The notes below the pieces were generated by a model that was not told where the DNA came from, ran no database searches, and saw only the letters and a list, made by a program, of their open reading frames with translations. From NCBI GenBank assembly GCA_018401295.1, contig JAGYLJ010000003.1:3327-67326 (forward strand): a DNA stretch of 64,000 nt, read 5' to 3'. The translations under genes were made by a program, and so were the position numbers. The DNA is from a bacterium. GTDB lineage: Bacteria > Patescibacteriota > Minisyncoccia > Phycocordibacterales > UBA12079. Shown here piece by piece: positions 57,701-64,000 of this stretch. Within the stretch, counting starts at the first letter, position 1. The number at the start of each line of letters is the position of its first letter.

Positions 57701-58389
57701 ATGTTATAAATGGCTTCCGCACCGATTTTAGCTTCAAACATCGCTCCATACTTCAATGAATACTTATTATAGGTAATTTCATCAAAAACTACCCCTAATT
57801 GGATATTTTCGATATCTCTTTTGACATTTAAAACTAACTCTTTAATTCTTTCTTTGTCTCCTTTGCTTTGTAAATTTTTTACCTTAGCCTTATATTCTGT
57901 TTCAACCTCACTTAAAATTCTTTTTTTCTCATCTTCATTTATACTAACAACAATATAACCAGCAAAATAAATTACTTTTCTTAAATCAGCCGCTGGAATA
58001 TCTAAAACTAAACCAATACGAGATGGGATCGATTTTAAAAACCAAATATGAGAAACTGGTACTGCTAACTCAATATGCCCCATTCTCTCCCTACGAACAA
58101 TAGACCTCGTTATCTCAACCCCACATTTTTCACAAGTAATACCTTTATATCTTATCCCCTTATATTTTCCACAATAACATTCATAATCTTTATCAGGACC
58201 AAAAACCTTCTCATCAAATAATCCATCCTTTTCACTCCTTTGGGTTCTGTAATTAATAGTTTCTGGTTTTTTAATCTCCCCGTGTGACCACTCTAAAATT
58301 TTTTCAGGTGAAGCCAACTTTAAAGTTATTAAATTAAAATCCGTTGAATAGGAATCTTTATTATTTATTTCTTTATTATTTACTGCCAT
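54703..58389 (-). CDS. rpoC: RNA polymerase beta' subunit
   Basis: NADFDGD, GKRVDYSGRS, EPGTQLTMRTFH. Confidence 0.98.
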   Translation of the reverse strand: MAVNNKEINNKDSYSTDFNLITLKLASPEKILEWSHGEIKKPETINYRTQRSEKDGLFDEKVFGPDKDYECYCGKYKGIRYKGITCEKCGVEITRSIVRRERMGHIELAVPVSHIWFLKSIPSRIGLVLDIPAADLRKVIYFAGYIVVSINEDEKKRILSEVETEYKAKVKNLQSKGDKERIKELVLNVKRDIENIQLGVVFDEITYNKYSLKYGAMFEAKIGAEAIYNICKQIDLEKLKEELENGLVKAGSIKTEKVNKRLELIESLIRSKTRPEWMFLTRVPVIPPALRPMVVLGGGRHATSDVNDLYRRVINRNNRLKKLQEINAPDVILRNEKRILQEAVDSLIDNSIKYTGSSSVMSQAQRRPLKSLSDNLKGKQGLFRQNLLGKRVDYSGRSVIVVGPDLNLDECGLPKFMALELFRPFVISRILKDELAHNIKWAGRLIEEGSPEVWAILEDVIKDKYVLLNRAPTLHRLGIQAFRPLLIEGMAIQVHPLVCSAFNADFDGDMMAVHVPLTNKAQAEAREIMAADKNILKPGTGSPIVDPKMDMALGCYWMTKVVEGDKRENKFFSSVNEAITACDFGVIDYGTLIKVLPSDSPRYAEFKGEVFETTAGRLLFNSILPKDYPYINDKVGKKEISQITNNLIKMYGMKNIAPVLGKIKDFGFKYATKSGITWGIDNVTIPKSKYEIVDRTKEKSNIVWSQYNDGLLTQDERRRKNIELWHAAKDELESLIPETLDKHGSAYNMWISGARGSLGQFTQMAGMRGLIQNTAGETIETPVISCLKEGLTPIEYFTTTHGSRKGLADTALNTSKAGYLTRKLFDVAQDVVIIEDDCGTNNYINLKKEQLSGIEISLAKNIRGRVLAKKIEDKEGKVLFKKGHLVTEDDAKTIEGLGIESVDVRSPMTCGTFRGICQKCYGTDFGTNELVDLGEAVGTIAAQAIGEPGTQLTMRTFHTGGTASVGGDITQGLPRVEEIFERRIPKSLATVSKINGIVTDFDEDSKERKLIIMPDIDSRSATAKGKQQVSYAIPYNRTLLVKIGDRVKKGDILTDGSADIAELFRYAGKEKAQEYIIRETIKIYELQGASTSRKHIEVIIKQMMSRKKIKSSGGTSLAVGSIVEDTELNRENVKAREAGLEEAKGISLVLGITETSLTRESFLSSVSFQNTTKMLINASIGGAVDDLVGLKENIIIGRLVPAGSGFEGSEKWKMIEEIDEPEEEIERS

Positions 58390-58441
58390 AATATTTTAGT
58401 TGCTTAGCTTTTATATGAACTTTTTTAACTAATTAAACCTT

Positions 58442-61400
58442 TTATTTAACTGTATCGACTTTAGACTTCTTAAGGTCTATATCTAAAGCTAAACCACGGA
58501 GATTATTTAATAATACATTAAAAGAAGCTGGGATATTCGGTTCAGGAATCTTCTTATCTTTTACAATAGCATCGAATGCTGCTGATCGACCAATAATATC
58601 ATCTGATTTTATCGTCAAAACTTCCCTTAAAATATGAGCTGTCCCGTGACCCAACAACGCCCAAACTTCCATCTCCCCAAATCTCTGACCTCCCTTCTGA
58701 GCTTTTCCACCTAATGGTTGTTGATTAATAAGAGAATAAGGCCCAACTGATCTCATATGCATTTTATCTTCAATCATATGGTGAAGCTTAAGAATATACA
58801 TATAACCAACGGCAATATTTTGATCAAAAGGTTCTCCTGTTAATCCATCATAAAGTGTCATTGTTCCGTTTCTTTCAAAGCCAGCTTTTTCAAGTTCATC
58901 TTTTATTTCTTCTTCTGTTGCTCCAGCAAAAGGAGGAACAATCGCCTGATAATTTAAATTATGTGCTGCCATACCAAGATGTAGTTCTAAAATTTGTCCG
59001 AGGTTCATACGAGAAGGCACACCTAATGGGGTTAAAATAATATCAATCGGCGTTCCATCTTTCATATATGGCATATCTTCTTGTGGAAGAATTTTTGAGA
59101 TAACTCCTTTATTTCCATGTCGTCCTGATAATTTGTCACCCACGGAAACGTTCCTCAAATGGGCCACCTCTACATAAATTCTCTTTATGACACCAGGTTC
59201 ATTTATTTCTCCTTTATCTCTAGAAAAAACCTTAACGCTCTTAACAAATCCTCGTTTACCCCCCTTAACTCTCAAAGATGTGTCTTTAACATCCTGTGCC
59301 TTTTCTCCAAAAATAGATTTAAGAAGTCTTTCTTCTGGGGTTAACTGTGTTTCTCCTTTTGGTGTAATCTTGCCAATCAAAATGTCACCTTGATTTACCT
59401 GAGACCCGATTCTAATTATCCCATCTTCATCTAAATTTTTTAATTTAGCCTCACCAACATTTGGAATATCGTGAGTTGTTATTTCTTCACCCAACTTAGT
59501 ATCTCGCACATCCTCTACAAACTCTTCAATATAAATAGAAGTAAACTTATCTTTCTTTACCAACCTATCAGAAATGATGATGGCATCCTCGTAATTAGCA
59601 CCATACCAAGACATGAAAGCCACCAAAATATTTTGTCCAAGTGCTATCTGACCATTATCGGTAGAAGAAATATCTGCCAAAATATCTCCTTTCTTTACTT
59701 TTTGGTTTAAATCAACAATAGGACGATTACTCAAAGACGAAAAATTATTTGTTCTCACAAAATTGACCAACTTATATTCATCCTCTTTTCCATCTTTCTT
59801 TTTTATTTTTATTGTCTTTGCATCAACAAAGGAAACTTCCCCTCCTTCTTTAGCTATAATAAGCCGGCCGGAATCTCTAGCTGCTTTCTCTTCAATCCCT
59901 GTAGCGACTAAAGGTGCGTCTGGAACAATACAAGGAACTGACTGTTTCTGCATGTTTGATCCCATCAAAGCTCTGTTGGCATCATCATGGTTAAGAAAAG
60001 GAATCATAGATGTGGCGACTGAAAAAGCCTGTTTAGTTGAAATATCCATAAAAGCAACATTCTGCCTTTCCACAATACCTAGTTTTCCACCAATTCTAAC
60101 TTCCACTATTTTTTCCTGGATAACATTATTATCATCTAAATTAATAGTAGCATCTGCAATATTAAACATTTCCTCGTCGGCAGCATTCAAATACTCAATT
60201 TCCCCTGTCACCTTACCGTCCTTCACTCTAGAATAGGGTGTTTCAATCATCCCAAATTCATTTACTTTAGCATAGTTAGCTAAATGCAAAATTAATCCGA
60301 TATTTTGACCTTCTGGTGTTTGAATCGGACAAATTCTTCCATAGTGAGATGGGTGTACGTCTCTAACTTCAATTCCAGCTCTTTCCCTCACTAAACCACC
60401 AGGACCTAAAGCAGAGACAGTTCTAAGATGCTCTAATTCTGCTAAGACATTATCTTGCAACATAAACTGAGAAAGTTGGTTAGTCGCAAAAAATTCTTTA
60501 ATCCTTGCTTGTAATGGCCGTGGGTTGATTAATTGCATTGGTAAAGTCACATCTACACCAATAATAGACATCCTGTCCTGAATATTTCTTTTTACTTGAT
60601 ACATCCCTACTCTAAATTTTTGCTGAACCATTTCACCAAAATATCTCAACCTTCTTGATCCTAAATGATCAATATCATCTTCTGTTGCGCCAGGAGTTCT
60701 GTTTAATTCTACAATATGTTCAATGGCTGTTACCAAGTCTTCAACAGAAATAGTTTTTCTCTCTAGTTCTTTTTTATCTAAAGATTTATCAAATCTTTTA
60801 TTAAAATAAAATCTCCCAACCTTATGTAAGTCATATTTCTCTTCACTCAATACTCCGTCTACGAATACTTTAGAGTGGCTAGCCGTGGTTAATTCTCCAT
60901 CCCTTAACCTTCTATGAATTTCTACATATGATGAATCAGTGTCCTTAGCTGGATCACTTTCTATTGATTTCTGAATGATTTCTTTAGCTTCCTTATCTTT
61001 AAAAAGAGAAACAATATCAGAACCTGTTGGAGCAACGACTCTCAACAAAGAACTAATTAAAAATTTTCTTTTTCTATCTATCTTAACGTAGATAAGACCA
61101 TCTGGTTCTGAATCAATCTCTATCCAGGCCCCTCTATAAGGAACTATCTTAACACCAAAATATCTACCTCCTTTTAATTCTTGAACTGTAAAAAACATAC
61201 CAAAAGATCTAGATAATTGCGGAACCACTACTCTTTCAACACCGTTTATAATAAAAGTCCCATGATCTGTCATCATAGGAAAATCAGTTAAAAAGATTTC
61301 TTGTTCTTTTTCTATTTTTAAGATTTTATTAGTTAACTTTACGTTAGCCTTGATAGTTGCTTGATAGGACTGTTTATTTTCTTTGGCATAAAACTCATCG

Positions 61401-61621
61401 TAATCAGGTTTTTTAAATTCAAAATCAATGAATTCCATTTTGAATTTTTTTCCAGAATAGTCTTCAATAGGTGTAAATTCTTTTAGAACTTCCTCAATTC
61501 CTCCATCCACAAATTTTTGGTATGAAACTAGTTGTGGTTCTACTAGGTTAGGAAGATCTATTAAAGGTTTCTTAAATTTATTAAAATACTTCTTCTCTCT
61601 CGCCTTTTTAGATGTATCCAT
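58442..61621 (-). CDS. rpoB: RNA polymerase beta subunit
   Basis: GDKLSGRHGNKG, GVPSRMNLGQ, GGQRFGEME. Confidence 0.98.
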   Translation of the reverse strand: MDTSKKAREKKYFNKFKKPLIDLPNLVEPQLVSYQKFVDGGIEEVLKEFTPIEDYSGKKFKMEFIDFEFKKPDYDEFYAKENKQSYQATIKANVKLTNKILKIEKEQEIFLTDFPMMTDHGTFIINGVERVVVPQLSRSFGMFFTVQELKGGRYFGVKIVPYRGAWIEIDSEPDGLIYVKIDRKRKFLISSLLRVVAPTGSDIVSLFKDKEAKEIIQKSIESDPAKDTDSSYVEIHRRLRDGELTTASHSKVFVDGVLSEEKYDLHKVGRFYFNKRFDKSLDKKELERKTISVEDLVTAIEHIVELNRTPGATEDDIDHLGSRRLRYFGEMVQQKFRVGMYQVKRNIQDRMSIIGVDVTLPMQLINPRPLQARIKEFFATNQLSQFMLQDNVLAELEHLRTVSALGPGGLVRERAGIEVRDVHPSHYGRICPIQTPEGQNIGLILHLANYAKVNEFGMIETPYSRVKDGKVTGEIEYLNAADEEMFNIADATINLDDNNVIQEKIVEVRIGGKLGIVERQNVAFMDISTKQAFSVATSMIPFLNHDDANRALMGSNMQKQSVPCIVPDAPLVATGIEEKAARDSGRLIIAKEGGEVSFVDAKTIKIKKKDGKEDEYKLVNFVRTNNFSSLSNRPIVDLNQKVKKGDILADISSTDNGQIALGQNILVAFMSWYGANYEDAIIISDRLVKKDKFTSIYIEEFVEDVRDTKLGEEITTHDIPNVGEAKLKNLDEDGIIRIGSQVNQGDILIGKITPKGETQLTPEERLLKSIFGEKAQDVKDTSLRVKGGKRGFVKSVKVFSRDKGEINEPGVIKRIYVEVAHLRNVSVGDKLSGRHGNKGVISKILPQEDMPYMKDGTPIDIILTPLGVPSRMNLGQILELHLGMAAHNLNYQAIVPPFAGATEEEIKDELEKAGFERNGTMTLYDGLTGEPFDQNIAVGYMYILKLHHMIEDKMHMRSVGPYSLINQQPLGGKAQKGGQRFGEMEVWALLGHGTAHILREVLTIKSDDIIGRSAAFDAIVKDKKIPEPNIPASFNVLLNNLRGLALDIDLKKSKVDTVK

Positions 61622-61920
61622 AAAAAAATTAATTTTAAATTAATATATAACTAGAAACTGGAAGTCAAAAATCTTTTATAAACTATACCTCTATGTGTTT
61701 CTTAAACTGACGATAAACAAATCCTATATAATATATAATATAAGATTTCACTATTTGATTTAATATAAACAAAAACAATACCAACAAAAAACGCTATACC
61801 GTATTTTGAAGGTAAATATTTAAATTAATTTGTAATTAAAACTCTAATCCGTAACTCAATAGGTCTCATAAACTACTAGCAAGTAGTCTACTTTATTTTA
61901 CTTATAATGTCAATTATTAT

Positions 61921-62403
61921 CTATTTCTGAACTTTGTTATCAATTTCCTCTGTTTCCAATTTTTCTTCAACTATTTCTTCCTCAATAATAGTATCTTCTC
62001 CAACAACTGGTTCCTCAACAATTATATCTTTTTTTAGCTCTTCTGTTTCCTTCTGAGGTTCATTTATAGCAACATCTTCCTTATTTACTTCCTCCTTCTT
62101 TTCAATATCCTCTGGGACGTCTTTTTTGATAGGTGTTTTCCTAGGCAAAACATTTATTTTTTTACCATCAATAACTTTTTCATTTACTAAGATATTATGA
62201 ACTGTGTCGGAAATTTGAGCTCCATTTTCAATCCAATATTTAACCCTCTCTCCTTTAACTTGTCTAACATCTGTTCTAGCATCATAAAAACCAAGATTTT
62301 CAATAAACTTTCCACTCTTAGGACCTTGACTGACTTCAGTCAAAACAACCCTGTAAGAGGGATCGTGCTTTCTGCCAACTCTTTGTAATCTAATTTTTAA
62401 CAT
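61921..62403 (-). CDS. rpsP: 30S ribosomal protein S16 with acidic C-terminal tail
   Basis: MLKIRLQRVGRK..P.YRVV...GKFIENLGFY. Confidence 0.95.
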   Translation of the reverse strand: MLKIRLQRVGRKHDPSYRVVLTEVSQGPKSGKFIENLGFYDARTDVRQVKGERVKYWIENGAQISDTVHNILVNEKVIDGKKINVLPRKTPIKKDVPEDIEKKEEVNKEDVAINEPQKETEELKKDIIVEEPVVGEDTIIEEEIVEEKLETEEIDNKVQK

Positions 62404-62481
62404 AACAAGTATACTATCAAAAACTATCGCCAAAATCAACTATTAGTTAAACTAATTAAACAAATCCTATAAAAATTTCTT

Positions 62482-63966
62482 CTAATTATTTCCTCCAACT
62501 TTAGGCCTCATTAAAGGGAAAAGGGTACCCTCTCTTCCAGAAACTCCTGCTAACAACCAAAATAGTCGTTCCCCAAAACCAAAACCGCAAGTGGGGGGCA
62601 TACCATATTCCAACATTTCTACAAATTCATCATCGGACATCATAGCTTCTTCATCCCCTTTCCTTAGTAATTCTTGTTGCTTATCAAATCTCTCTTTTTG
62701 ATCAATCGGGTCATTTAATTCTGAATATCCTCTCCCTATTTCTGAACCAGCTATGATTGGTTGAAACATTTCCACCACGTTTTGATTATCTACTTTTGAT
62801 TTTGCCAAAGGAGCAATTAATTTTGGGTGATTAATTAAAAAAGCAGGGCCAGCAATATTTTTACGGCAATATTTCCAAAGAGTATCTATCAACCTCTCCT
62901 TATTTTCTCCACCAGAATATTTAACCCCCAAATCATTCAACTTATTTTTAATCTCTTCGTCAGAAGCTAACCAAATATCAATGTTTGTTTGTTTTTGAAT
63001 TTCTTGAGAGTAATCAATTTCAACCCATTCATCTGCTAAATCAAATTCATAACCCCCTACTTTAAATTTAGTAGTTCCAAAAACGTCTTGAGCTATCTTA
63101 CGATACATTTCTTTCGCTAATTCCATCCCTTTTTTATAATCAGCAAAAGCCCAATAAAATTCCAAATTAGTAAATTCCTGTAAATGCTCCGCGCTGGTGC
63201 CCTCATTTCTAAATACTTTTCCTATTTCAAAAATTTTTTCAAAACCAGCAGCTATCAATCTCTTTTGCCATAACTCTCCCACAGAGATTCTTAAATATAA
63301 ATCAATATCAAAATCATTATGATGAGTTTTAAAAGGTCTAGCTTCTGCACCTCCTGTAGTTAATTCTAAAACTGGAGTTTCTACTTCAACAAAACCTTTC
63401 TCTTCAAAAAATTTTCTGACTACTTTCCAAAAGTTGGCTTTTTTAAAAAACAAAGCTTTAATTTCTGGATTCATTAAAATATCCAAATATCTTTTTCTAT
63501 ATCTCTCCTCTATATCTTTAATCCCATGCCATTTTTCAGGAAGAGGTCTTAAACTCTTAGTTAACATTTCCCAAGCAGACACAGCAACAGTTTGCTGACC
63601 CCTCTTTGTTACAAAAAGATTTCCTTCAACTAAAATAAAATCACCAATATCAACTGTTTCTATAAAAAGTTCAAAATTATCTTCTACAATTTTTACTTGC
63701 CCGTCCGTATGATTAGGGTCTTTTTTAATTAAACACTGTATCTTTCCAGTACCATCCAATAAATCAAAAAAATTTAATACCCCTTGGGAACGAAGCGACA
63801 TCACTCTCCCTACAATTCTTACTTTTCTACCCTCTTCAAAATTTTCAGAAACTTCTCCCAATGAAGAATCAAAATCAACCCGAGCAGGATAGGGATTAAC
63901 ACCTACTTCCATTAATTTTTTCTTCTTTTCTAGTCTTGTTTGTCTAATTTCATCTAGAGATGCCAT
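62482..63966 (-). CDS. lysS: Lysine--tRNA ligase (class II)
   Basis: RYRKRYLD, GGAEARPF, FRNEG, EYGMPPT.GFG. Confidence 0.97.
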   Translation of the reverse strand: MASLDEIRQTRLEKKKKLMEVGVNPYPARVDFDSSLGEVSENFEEGRKVRIVGRVMSLRSQGVLNFFDLLDGTGKIQCLIKKDPNHTDGQVKIVEDNFELFIETVDIGDFILVEGNLFVTKRGQQTVAVSAWEMLTKSLRPLPEKWHGIKDIEERYRKRYLDILMNPEIKALFFKKANFWKVVRKFFEEKGFVEVETPVLELTTGGAEARPFKTHHNDFDIDLYLRISVGELWQKRLIAAGFEKIFEIGKVFRNEGTSAEHLQEFTNLEFYWAFADYKKGMELAKEMYRKIAQDVFGTTKFKVGGYEFDLADEWVEIDYSQEIQKQTNIDIWLASDEEIKNKLNDLGVKYSGGENKERLIDTLWKYCRKNIAGPAFLINHPKLIAPLAKSKVDNQNVVEMFQPIIAGSEIGRGYSELNDPIDQKERFDKQQELLRKGDEEAMMSDDEFVEMLEYGMPPTCGFGFGERLFWLLAGVSGREGTLFPLMRPKVGGNN

Positions 63967-64000
63967 AGTTTATTTAACACTGATTATTTTATACTCTTGT

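Noticed and set aside
1-64000. Alternative genetic code (UGA=Gly)
   Set aside because: Long conserved genes translate full-length under code 11.

Overview
AT-rich bacterial chromosome segment (genetic code 11). Its gene content and style point to Patescibacteria/CPR, probably Parcubacteria (inference): compact RpoB/RpoC, short DnaX, Gmad2 and RNHCP proteins, leaderless core genes. Most genes are housekeeping: argS (partial), dnaX, rnc, nusB, rpmF, dnaE, murJ, mraY, scpAB, groESL, rmuC, lepA, truB, fba, hisS, tsaC, rpoD, dnaG, rpoBC, rpsP, lysS, plus five tRNAs. The most striking unexplained structure surrounds the tRNAs. Every one is flanked by rearranged sense and/or antisense pieces of its own sequence. 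Four (Gln, Phe, Arg, Gly) carry a ~180-200 nt downstream module with a shared scaffold and tRNA-specific antisense and sense arms. Three (Glu, Phe, Arg) carry upstream copies of their 5' end interrupted by hairpins. Also seen: self-contained accessory cassettes (promoter, boxA-like motif, strong SD, terminator), a NusB-Nudix fusion, several MITE-like palindromic elements, a candidate small RNA, an oleate hydratase and a JAB-like membrane protein. All alignments were done by eye.
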